Below, piece after piece: positions 21,248-28,811 of a DNA stretch of 64,000 nt. This stretch comes from Dehalococcoidia bacterium (GTDB lineage Bacteria > Chloroflexota > Dehalococcoidia > Lucifugimonadales > Australimonadaceae). Every line of letters begins with the position of its first letter. Position 1 is the first letter of the stretch. A program made the position numbers and the translations under genes. Location of the stretch: contig CAUZFB010000008.1 in assembly GCA_963579135.1 (NCBI GenBank), positions 2,049 to 66,048 of the forward strand. The letters are read 5' to 3'. The notes beneath the pieces were generated by a model, which was not told the origin of the DNA, made no database searches, and was given only the letters and a program-made list of their open reading frames with translations.

Positions 21248-21253
21248 TGAGCG

Positions 21254-21784
21254 CTGAACGAAGCCGTCCTTGTTCTCAATCATAACTACGAACCTCTGAA
21301 CGTTTGTGGCGTTCGGCGGGCTGTGGTTCTGCTGCTTCGAGAGAAAGCCCAGCCTCTCGACGCCAGCAACAGGGTAATCCACGCTGCGAACGATGATTTC
21401 CCCGTGCCATCAGTGATCCGATTGCTGCACATGGTGAAGCGTCCGGTGTTCACCCGCCGCCTATCGAGACGCGAGATTTTCTGGCGTGACGGGTTCCGGT
21501 GTCAGTACTGCGGGAAGCAGGTGCGAGAGCTAACGTTGGACCACGTTAAGCCACGGGTGAGGAATGGCCCACATACGTGGGAGAACGTGGTGACGGCTTG
21601 CGAGGCTTGCAATCATCGCAAGGCTGGCAGGTCGCCCCGAGAGGCGGGCATGCGGCTGCTGAAAGAGCCTGCACCGCCGAAGGCCAATCCCTACTACCAC
21701 CTGATGCACCGTCAGCTCCCTGACGAGTGGAACATCTACCTACCTTGGAAGCAGCCCGATCGGAACGCATTGGCCCTGGCCTAA
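21254..21784 (+). CDS. HNH endonuclease (small McrA-like family)
   Basis: HNH core ..FRCQYCGK..LTLDHVKPR..G..TWENVVTACEACNHRKAG... The family-typical N-terminus (A)LNEAVLVLNHNYEPLNVCGVRRAVVLLL is encoded in frame upstream of the track start GTG 21323, but only CTG 21254 is available as a start after the TGA at 21248. The start is uncertain. Confidence 0.8.
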   Translation: MNEAVLVLNHNYEPLNVCGVRRAVVLLLREKAQPLDASNRVIHAANDDFPVPSVIRLLHMVKRPVFTRRLSRREIFWRDGFRCQYCGKQVRELTLDHVKPRVRNGPHTWENVVTACEACNHRKAGRSPREAGMRLLKEPAPPKANPYYHLMHRQLPDEWNIYLPWKQPDRNALALA

Positions 21785-22041
21785 GCCAGGGATCGGCGAG
21801 CGTCCAGGGCGTTGATCACGCTGAGGCCATTGCCCTCCTTCGTCGGTTCGCCCCTCCTGTGGTAGGCGCTGGATCTCGCTGATTAGGAACTCCACGGCGC
21901 GAACGAAGTCGTTCTCACTGCGGCGGTCAGGTATCACCGGTACAGGTTCTTTGACCGCGTGACCTAAGACAACCCGTGCGGGGGATTTGGCGTGTTCACT
22001 CGTTCGCCGATGTGAGAGAAAAGCTTGTTGGTGGCGCGTTA

Positions 22042-22503
22042 CTACTCACACTCGAACCAGAGGCAGCACTTGAGGCGTCCGCACATGCCCTCCAGGCCTT
22101 CAGCGTTGATGGCGAGCGCTTGTTCCTTGGTCATGCGTACCGTCACCGACTCGAACTTGTCGAGCCACGACGAGCAGCACGTAACGTTTCCGCAGCGGCC
22201 CAACGCACCGATGTTCTTCGCCTCATCGCGAGGGCCAACGGAGCGCAACTCCATCTTGCTCCCAAGGCTTCTGCCTCTTTGACCTTGAGCTAGTCGCGAA
22301 GAGCTAAGTCATCGTCGGTCGCGGTGCACCAAAGCGTCAGGCGCAACGGCCACGTTACCCACGTCAGAACCGCTGGTGGTATCAACCACCACTTTGTCAC
22401 CAATGGCAATCTCAAGCTGGTCCGGATCGTAAACGCTAACGGCCTGGGCAGTCTTGAACCCCACACCCATCACGCGAGAAGCGTGTTCTGCTGTCATCTG
22501 CAT
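22042..22503 (-). pseudogene. PSP1/YaaT (stage 0 sporulation protein-like) gene remnant
   Basis: N-terminal 64-aa ORF (..VMGVGFKTAQAVSVYDPDQLEIAIGDKVVVDTTSGSDVGNV..) and C-terminal 70-aa ORF (..ELRSVGPRDEAKNIGALGRCGNVTCCSSWLDKFESVTVRMTKEQ..GMCGRLKCCLWFE) are PSP1-like. A TGA (22309..22311) separates them, and about 55-85 central residues are missing. Located downstream of holB, as in Bacillus. Confidence 0.55.
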
Positions 22504-22598
22504 TCCACGGCGAATCTACCCGCAGACCACTATGGCATGTCGATGTGAAGAATCTGTGACCTCAAGGAAAAGATCGAGGGAAAGCTCCCTGAACGCCG

Positions 22599-23621
22599 TC
22601 AGGAAAGACGCACGGGAGGCGATTCAAGCATCATGACGTCAAGCGCGAGGCGAGGGTTTGCATTGCGATCCAGCACCTCGATGGACTCAGTGACGAGGTG
22701 TAACCAACGCACGGTGTCAGCAGGCGTAAGCGCGGCCGCGTGGCGCTGGATGGTCTCCCGCCAGCTCACGTTGACCACCGCCTCGCTTTGCCCCTGCTGC
22801 ACCAGCAACACATCGCGGAGCCACCGCAGCCATAGGTAGAGTTCCTCACGACCGGCGGCGCGGTCGCGCTGGAAACGCCGGGCCAGTTGCTCCGCGTAGC
22901 GGAATCGGTCCTCGAGTCCCTCTTCGACGACCTCGGCTATACGCTCAAGGCTAAGGTGAACGCCAGCGAGCACCGCAGGGTCGTGGGCCGCCTCTATCGC
23001 CCAGCCCAGGCAGCCTCGGGAAAGCCGCGCGACAACGTCGGCCTGTTCTGCGCCCATGCCATGCTCTGCGGTGAGGATTTGAGCGACCCGGGCCGTAGGC
23101 AGCGGGTGCAATTCGACGTGCTGGCACCGCGACCTGACGGTGGGAAGAACGCTGTCTTCGCTGGCAGCGAGCAGCAGGAGTTGCACGTTGGGAGGCGGCT
23201 CTTCCAGCACCTTGAGGAGCGCGTTCGCCGCGTCGTTGGTCATCGCATCTGCCCCATCGAAAACGAAAACGCGCGTACGACCCTCGTAGGGGCGCAGATG
23301 GGCGGAGGCTATCAACTCACGGATCGTGTCGATGCCGATGGCTGTCTTCGGGCCTTCGGCGGCCTCGGGGTCAACGCGGATCACGCGGACGTCTGCATGA
23401 ATCCCCGCAGCGATCCGGGTGCACGCCTCGCACTCACTGCAGGGAACATCGTCGTCGCTCAGGCAGTTGACCGCCTGCGCGATCTGCACGGCTAATCTGA
23501 ACTTGCCCACATGGGCGGGCCCTGTGATGAGCTGAGCGTGGTGCAGCCGATCGTCGCGCAGAGCCGATTCCAAGGCTTGCACCGCTGCATCGTGGCCCTG
23601 CAGGCGTAACACGCTAGACAA
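22599..23621 (-). CDS. holB: DNA polymerase III subunit delta'
   Basis: 340-aa ORF with ..HAQLITGPAHVGK.., a Cys-rich zinc module CLSDDDVPCSECEACTRI, ..FVFDGADAM.. and ..LKVLEEPP... Confidence 0.9.
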   Translation of the reverse strand: MSSVLRLQGHDAAVQALESALRDDRLHHAQLITGPAHVGKFRLAVQIAQAVNCLSDDDVPCSECEACTRIAAGIHADVRVIRVDPEAAEGPKTAIGIDTIRELIASAHLRPYEGRTRVFVFDGADAMTNDAANALLKVLEEPPPNVQLLLLAASEDSVLPTVRSRCQHVELHPLPTARVAQILTAEHGMGAEQADVVARLSRGCLGWAIEAAHDPAVLAGVHLSLERIAEVVEEGLEDRFRYAEQLARRFQRDRAAGREELYLWLRWLRDVLLVQQGQSEAVVNVSWRETIQRHAAALTPADTVRWLHLVTESIEVLDRNANPRLALDVMMLESPPVRLS

Positions 23622-24930
23622 CGTCCTGCGACATGAGGTCGGCGTAGGTCTCGCGACGGCGGATCAACGTGGCCTTGCCACCGGCGACCATGACGATGGC
23701 CGGGCGGCCGTTGGCGTTGTAGGTGCTGGCCATCGAGGGCGCGTAGGCCCCCGAAGCGGGTATGGCGATGATGTTGCCAGCCTCGACTGCAGCGATGTGA
23801 GCGTCCCAAACGAGGACGTCGCCCGACTCGCAGTACTTGCCGACGATCGTGACCATGACATCCGGCTCGACCGTCGCGCGGTCAGCGGTAACTGCGACGT
23901 ACTCGGATCCGTAGAGCGCCGGGCGTATGTTGTCGCCCATGCCGCCGTCAACGGAAACGAAGGTCCGCACTCCGGGAACATGCTTGATGGCGCCTACGGT
24001 GTAGACGGCGACGCCTGCAGGCCCGGTAATGGAGCGGCCAGGCTCTATGATGAGCGTAGGTTCCGGCATGTTGTACTGCGCGCAGCCGTCCTTAAGGGCT
24101 TTGACGATCACCTCGGCGTAGGCCGAGGGCAGAGGCGGCTCATCGGCTTCGGTGTACGCGATGGCGTAGCCGCCGCCAGGCGAGAACTCGTGCATGTCGA
24201 GGCCAAGCTTGCGCATCTCCGACGCGAAGGTGAGCACACGGCCGACGGCCTCCTCGTAGGGCTCAAGCTCGAAGATGGGTGAGCCAAGGTGGAAGTGGAT
24301 GCCCGTGAGGTCCAGGTGCTCTGCCGCGAGCGCCAGCTTGACCGCCTCTGCAGCCTGATTGGTCTCGATGGGGAAGCCGAACTTGGAGTCCAGCACTCCG
24401 GTTGTCGTGAGCAGGTGGGTGTGGGGATCGATGCTGGGCGAAACGCGCACGAGCACGGTCTGCTTACGGCCGGCCTCACCAGAGAGTTTGTTGAGCAGGT
24501 CTAACTCGTAGAAGCTGTCGACCACCACCTGTCCGATGCCCCAGTCCACCGCGTCGCGCAATTCTTGGGGTGTCTTGTTGTTGCCGTGGAAGTAGACGTC
24601 AGCCGCAGGCACACCCGCAGCCCGCAGAATCGCCAGCTCACCGCCGGAAACGATGTCGAAGCCGAGGCCCTCCGCCGACAGCATGCGCGCAAGGCCGACG
24701 TTGATGAACGCTTTGCTGGCGTAGAGCACCTTTGAGTTGGGGTGGCGCGACTGAAAAGCAGTCTTGAACGCCGCCGCCTGCGCCTTGAGCGTGGCTTCGT
24801 CGTAGACGTAGAGTGGTGTGCCGAACTCGGTGGCGAGGTCGACGAGGTCACACCCGCCGACGACCAGGTGGTCGCGGTCGTTGACCTCGGTTGATACGGG
24901 AAATACTTTGGCTTTCGGGACGGTGGTCAT
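23614..24930 (-). CDS. lysA: diaminopimelate decarboxylase
   Basis: 438-aa ORF with the fold-III PLP decarboxylase pattern (..YASKAF.. PLP-Lys, ..HFHLGS.., ..PGR.., ..CESGD..). 8-nt overlap with holB. Confidence 0.95.
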   Translation of the reverse strand: MTTVPKAKVFPVSTEVNDRDHLVVGGCDLVDLATEFGTPLYVYDEATLKAQAAAFKTAFQSRHPNSKVLYASKAFINVGLARMLSAEGLGFDIVSGGELAILRAAGVPAADVYFHGNNKTPQELRDAVDWGIGQVVVDSFYELDLLNKLSGEAGRKQTVLVRVSPSIDPHTHLLTTTGVLDSKFGFPIETNQAAEAVKLALAAEHLDLTGIHFHLGSPIFELEPYEEAVGRVLTFASEMRKLGLDMHEFSPGGGYAIAYTEADEPPLPSAYAEVIVKALKDGCAQYNMPEPTLIIEPGRSITGPAGVAVYTVGAIKHVPGVRTFVSVDGGMGDNIRPALYGSEYVAVTADRATVEPDVMVTIVGKYCESGDVLVWDAHIAAVEAGNIIAIPASGAYAPSMASTYNANGRPAIVMVAGGKATLIRRRETYADLMSQDVV

Positions 24931-25025
24931 GCACGTGCTCCACAGATGATGTGTTGAGGATATCTCTCACAGTGCAGCCGCGCGAGGCTCCAGAAGACGC
25001 GCAGGAGCGACGCAGAGGAAGGCGT

Positions 25026-25280
25026 TTATACAACGAGCCTGCAGCGGTCTCCTTCTTTCCGCACCGCGCCGTCCTCGATCAGCTTCTTGATTCCCGTGCG
25101 CAGCTGCACCTCAGCGAGCTCCCAGTGCACCTCCGGCAAGCCGACGTAGATGGTCTCTGGAATCTCACGAACGGTGTCCGTTGCTTCGCCCAGCACGCGA
25201 AGCAACTCTTGCTCCCGCTGCTCGCGGTGACGGGCTCCATCGACCCGCAGGGCCGCGTGCAGGCCATCGGAAGGGCGACG
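25026..25280 (-). pseudogene. C-terminal remnant of an MBL-fold hydrolase (winged-helix tail only)
   Basis: The minus-strand frame translated by hand gives ..SDGLHAALRVDGARHREQREQELLRVLGEATDTVREIPETIYVGLPEVHWELAEVQLRTGIKKLIEDGAVRKEGDRCRLVV*. This looks like the C-terminal winged-helix tail of MBL-fold metallo-hydrolases. There is no start codon and no catalytic domain. Confidence 0.45.
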
Positions 25281-25386
25281 TCACCAATAGCGTGGGGAAT
25301 TCGCCCTCGACGTCGGGCCGGTAGATGCGCAGGGCAATACGGACACCGTCGCGCACGGTTACGTAGATGTCCTTCTCATCATGCAT
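25281..25386 (-). pseudogene. N-terminal remnant of a CocE/NonD (S15) family hydrolase
   Basis: MHDEKDIYVTVRDGVRIALRIYRPDVEGEFPTLLVTSPF matches the characteristic N-terminus of the family. The similarity ends near 25280 and the frame runs into Arg/Ala/Pro-rich nonsense. Confidence 0.4.
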
Positions 25387-25452
25387 AGGGAAATCGTCAG
25401 GTTGTGTCAGAGGGTCATTGTTACTGGGGCAGGGTGGCTTATAGCCGAGAGT

Positions 25453-26307
25453 TTACGCTGGCATTTCTATGACGAGCACACGGTCGCGCCTCGTGAGATC
25501 TTGGACGATGCGGATGTTGGCGCCAGGGACGGCCTCAGCCGCGAACGCGCTCGCTCTAGCAATCTGGCGTGGATCCATCTCCATGAGCACCACGCCCAAT
25601 GGGTTGAGGTATCGCGGAACGTCAACGAGAAACCTGCGGATGAGGTCGAGGCCGTCCTCGCCGCCATCGAGGGCTTCCCGTGGCTCGTACATGCGGATTT
25701 CAGGGTCCAACGTGGGAATCTCGCCCGATTCCACATAGGGAAGGTTGGAGGTGATCATGTCTACGGGCCCAGGCAAAGGCGTCAGGAGGTCGCCTTCGAG
25801 TACGTCGACTCGCTCAGCAAGCCCGAGACGTTCAGTGTTACGGCGAGCGAGATCGAGCGAGGCCGGATAGAGGTCGGTGGCATAGACGTGCGCGCTTGGG
25901 AGATTCGCCGCAATGGTGAGCCCTATCGCGCCGGTACCGCAACCGACGTCCGCGATAGTGATCGGTGCGGGGAGATCGACGGCGACACGAAGGGCCTCCT
26001 CCACGAGCGCTTCGGTGTCCGGGCGTGGAATCAGCGCGCCAACACCCACAAGCAAGTCGATGTTGTAGAACTCGCGATGGCCGAGCAGATATGCGGTGGG
26101 CTCGTGGCGCAAGCGGCGTTGAATCAAGGCTTCGGCGCTCTCGGCTTCGACCTCAGACGGGGAATCATCCATGCGAGCGTACAGTTCGGCCCGATCAACT
26201 TCGAGGGTCGTCATCCAGACGAGGTCAGCCTCGATGCGAGCATCGCCGATGCCGCAGATCGCGAATCGACGCTCCGTCTTGCGCAGGAGATGGCTGAGCG
26301 ACGTCAC
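25453..26307 (-). CDS. prmC: release-factor glutamine N5-methyltransferase PrmC/HemK
   Basis: 284-aa ORF directly downstream of prfA. SAM motif ..ADVGCGTGAIG... The substrate motif reads SNLPYV rather than the usual NPPY. Confidence 0.9.
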   Translation of the reverse strand: MTSLSHLLRKTERRFAICGIGDARIEADLVWMTTLEVDRAELYARMDDSPSEVEAESAEALIQRRLRHEPTAYLLGHREFYNIDLLVGVGALIPRPDTEALVEEALRVAVDLPAPITIADVGCGTGAIGLTIAANLPSAHVYATDLYPASLDLARRNTERLGLAERVDVLEGDLLTPLPGPVDMITSNLPYVESGEIPTLDPEIRMYEPREALDGGEDGLDLIRRFLVDVPRYLNPLGVVLMEMDPRQIARASAFAAEAVPGANIRIVQDLTRRDRVLVIEMPA

Positions 26308-26310
26308 TCG

Positions 26311-27387
26311 CTACTCGCTATCGCCCTCTTGGAGGAACCGCGCTTGCTCGTCTTGCAGTAGCGCATCAACGATGTCATCGAGGCGTCCCTGCCCGGCGAG
26401 GATCTCCGGCAAGCCGTGAACGGTGAGGTTGACTCGGTGGTCGGTCAGCCGATCCTGGGGAAAGTTGTACGTGCGAATCTTCTCAGAACGTTCGCCTGTT
26501 CGCACTTGCAATTTGCGTGATACGGCAGCGGCTTCGGCCTGCTCTCGCATCTCCATCTCCAGCAGGCGAGACCGCAACACTGTCATCGCTTTGGTCTTGT
26601 TCTTGAACTGGGAGCGCTCGTCCTGACACACAGCCATAATCCCAGTGGGGATATGCACGATACGAACCGCGGTGGCAACCTTGTTGACGTTCTGTCCGCC
26701 TGCGCCGCCGGAGTGGAAGATGTCGATGCGCAGTTCGCTGGCAGGGACGTCGAAGTCCGATTCCTCAGCCTCTGGCAGAACCACGACTGTCGCCGTGGAG
26801 GTATGGATGCGTCCCTGCGTCTCGGTCACGGGCACGCGTTGCACCCGATGAACACCACCCTCGTGCTTCATAAGGCGGAACGCATCGGGGCCTACGACTT
26901 CGAAAAGGACCTCTTTGAAGCCGCCCTGCTCACTGCCGTTGGAGTCCATGACTTCGACCACTAGCCCGTGCCTCTGGGCGTAGCGGGCGTACATCCGATA
27001 AAGGTCTGCGGCGAATAGGCCCGCTTCATCGCCTCCCGTGCCTGCCCGGAGTTCGACGATCGCGTTCTTGTTGTCGTTCGGATCTTTGGGTAGCAGCGCC
27101 GAGTACAAATCGCCCTCAAGCTCAGTGATACGCGCCGTGAGGCCAGGGACCTCCTCCTTGGCCATGGACGCCATCTCAGCGTCATTATCGTTGATGAGGG
27201 CACGAGTGTCAGCCAATTCCTGCTGCGCCGCTTTGAGCCGCTGGTACGTCTCCACGACGGGCTGCAGGTCAGCGCGCTCTTTGGCCAGTTTGCTCAGCCG
27301 CGCATGGTCACCGGCGACGTCAGGACTCGCGAGGAGTTGGTCGATCTCCACGAACCGAGCCGCTAGTTTTTCGAGCTTTTCCAGCAT
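26311..27387 (-). CDS. prfA: peptide chain release factor 1
   Basis: Start at the ATG giving MLEKLEKLAARFVEIDQLL.... PVT tripeptide (RVPVTETQGR) and GGQ (SGGAGGQNVNKV). 358 aa. Confidence 0.95.
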   Translation of the reverse strand: MLEKLEKLAARFVEIDQLLASPDVAGDHARLSKLAKERADLQPVVETYQRLKAAQQELADTRALINDNDAEMASMAKEEVPGLTARITELEGDLYSALLPKDPNDNKNAIVELRAGTGGDEAGLFAADLYRMYARYAQRHGLVVEVMDSNGSEQGGFKEVLFEVVGPDAFRLMKHEGGVHRVQRVPVTETQGRIHTSTATVVVLPEAEESDFDVPASELRIDIFHSGGAGGQNVNKVATAVRIVHIPTGIMAVCQDERSQFKNKTKAMTVLRSRLLEMEMREQAEAAAVSRKLQVRTGERSEKIRTYNFPQDRLTDHRVNLTVHGLPEILAGQGRLDDIVDALLQDEQARFLQEGDSE

Positions 27388-27591
27388 CTTCGTGTCCTGT
27401 CGATGGCCTATCAAAACAAGGCCCCCGCATAGCGGAGGCCGGTCGGAGAAGTATAGCACCGACCAGGCGTCGGCCGGAGGGCGCTGCGCTCCCACAAGAA
27501 TGCTGTCAATCGTAGCTGAGACTACTGCCCTAGCCTCCAAACATCGTTGTAGACTTGTCGGGATTTTTGCTGCTGGAACGGTTGTTGCCAC

Positions 27592-28800
27592 ATGAATATA
27601 GGCCGCCTTTCGCTCCTGGGTCCCACTATCGTGATGTTAATCGCGCTGGTGGCAGCATGCTCGGGTGGAGGCACGCCCACTCCCATCCCGCTTCCACCCA
27701 CACCAACGCCAACGGCCACGTTCACGCCGACACCCACGCCGACACCCACGCCGACGCCCACGCCGCCTCCAACGCCGTCGCCAACGCCGTCGCCAACGCC
27801 GTCCCCCTCGCCAACGCCAACGCTGGTTCCGACGCCAACGCCAACGCCGACGCCCACTGCGACGCCCACGCCGACACCCACGCCATCGATTAGCGACGGT
27901 ATCGTGATCGGCGAAAAGGCGATGGTCAAGCTGACGGCGGGCGCAAAGCAGTGGTCTGGCGTCATGATTAACTCGTCAGGGCGGATAGTGACGACATCAC
28001 TGAACTTGGGTACTGCCCCGCTGGTGTCGTACCGCACGTTCGACGGAGCCACGGGCCAGGCTTGGGTTATGGGCCGCGACGACAATCTTGACCTCGCAGT
28101 CCTTGAAGTTCTAAACCCTGGGCAGCAATTCGCGTCCATTGTGGTATCCACCGAAGACCCGCCGGGCCGCAGCGAAAATCTGGTGCTCATGCATTACCGT
28201 GCCAGCGGAGTGACCACGGAAAAATTCAACTCTGCCGTCGTAGGGTCCCGCCAAGACCAAATCACAGGGATTTCTTATCTCCAGCTCCAAGGGTTCTCGA
28301 CAGGTACTGAAGATGGCGGAGCGCTCTTCGATGCGCGGGGACAACTCCGTGGTCTGCGGATGAACTCCGACAGGATGATCAGCATAGGCATCGGTCGCAT
28401 CGGTGAGGTGTGGGCGATGGACTCATTCGCTCTGGCAAGTTCGATGATCCCTCGCCTGCAAGCGGGAGTTTCGGTCATCAGCTCGCTAGCGGGGCAGTGC
28501 ACCGACCTGGGCGCGCCACCGCCTATCCCGGCGATCTACAAGGGCGATGTCTCCGTCGGTGGAACACCGGCGGAGGTCGGTCTGCGGATGTACGCCAGAA
28601 CAACCAAGACATCGACCGGGCAAGAACTCTGGTTCTCGCAGCCGATCTCGACCGTAGGCCGCTACTTCCTCACGATCAGCATCTGCGACCCGACCTACGC
28701 CAACGGCGTCGTGGACTTCTGGCTGAACTCCTCTCCCTCCCTGGCGACCAGCATCTACTCGCCGAGCAGCACGCAGGTCAACAATCTGGTCTTCCCGTAA
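27592..28800 (+). CDS. lipoprotein with a Pro/Thr-rich linker and a degenerate trypsin-like (S1C-like) domain
   Basis: Signal peptide plus lipobox LIALVAAC. About 70-aa (PT/PS)n linker. The domain ..[49 protein letters not shown].. aligns by eye to GSG..TNAHVV / DLAVLK / GNSGGPL. Confidence 0.7.
   Translation: MNIGRLSLLGPTIVMLIALVAACSGGGTPTPIPLPPTPTPTATFTPTPTPTPTPTPTPPPTPSPTPSPTPSPSPTPTLVPTPTPTPTPTATPTPTPTPSISDGIVIGEKAMVKLTAGAKQWSGVMINSSGRIVTTSLNLGTAPLVSYRTFDGATGQAWVMGRDDNLDLAVLEVLNPGQQFASIVVSTEDPPGRSENLVLMHYRASGVTTEKFNSAVVGSRQDQITGISYLQLQGFSTGTEDGGALFDARGQLRGLRMNSDRMISIGIGRIGEVWAMDSFALASSMIPRLQAGVSVISSLAGQCTDLGAPPPIPAIYKGDVSVGGTPAEVGLRMYARTTKTSTGQELWFSQPISTVGRYFLTISICDPTYANGVVDFWLNSSPSLATSIYSPSSTQVNNLVFP
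27673..27885 (+). repeat. low-complexity ACN-CCN (Thr/Ser-Pro) coding microsatellite-like repeat
   Basis: About 210 nt of (ACG/ACA/ACC/TCG-CCN) dipeptide-coding repeats. The antisense frames create spurious (GV)n ORFs. Confidence 0.85.
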
Positions 28801-28811
28801 CCAAGCACCCG

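Noticed and set aside
21224-21250. GTG 21224 followed by in-frame TGA 21248 upstream of the HNH N-terminus, considered as a read-through or recoded start.
   Set aside because: The eight codons before the TGA (VVRNADRG) are not part of the conserved family N-terminus, and they lie inside the helices of the leader structure. CTG initiation or an internal GTG start is more economical.
21740-21937. 65-aa minus-strand ORF in the gap between the HNH gene and the PSP1 remnant, considered as a yabA-like gene.
   Set aside because: I saw no recognisable motif and no SD. It overlaps the 3' end of the convergent HNH gene, and the second half of the translation is Gly/Pro/Arg/Gln-rich.
22309-22311. The in-frame TGA between the two PSP1 halves as a possible second selenocysteine site.
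   Set aside because: There is no stable hairpin in the 40 nt downstream on the coding strand. The TGA does not replace a conserved Cys. The flanking codons match the family better in another frame, so decay fits better than recoding.
24931-25033. A lysine riboswitch upstream of lysA, and a cobalamin or SAM riboswitch upstream of the MetE-like gene (12104..12178).
   Set aside because: The leaders are only about 75-100 nt and lack the conserved cores of those riboswitch classes.
27522-28190. 222-aa minus-strand ORF with (GV)n repeats, and plus-strand ORFs 27555..27907 rich in His/Ala/Asn or Arg.
   Set aside because: These are alternative-frame and antisense readings of the Pro/Thr repeat of the lipoprotein gene. 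Only the lipoprotein frame has a signal peptide, a lipobox and a folded-domain-like continuation.
28623-28636. AGAACTCTGGTTCT (GAAC-N4-GTTC) inside the lipoprotein CDS.
   Set aside because: It is deep inside a coding region, about 170 nt from the gene's end, with no promoter context. I estimate about one such 8-nt core by chance in a window this size.
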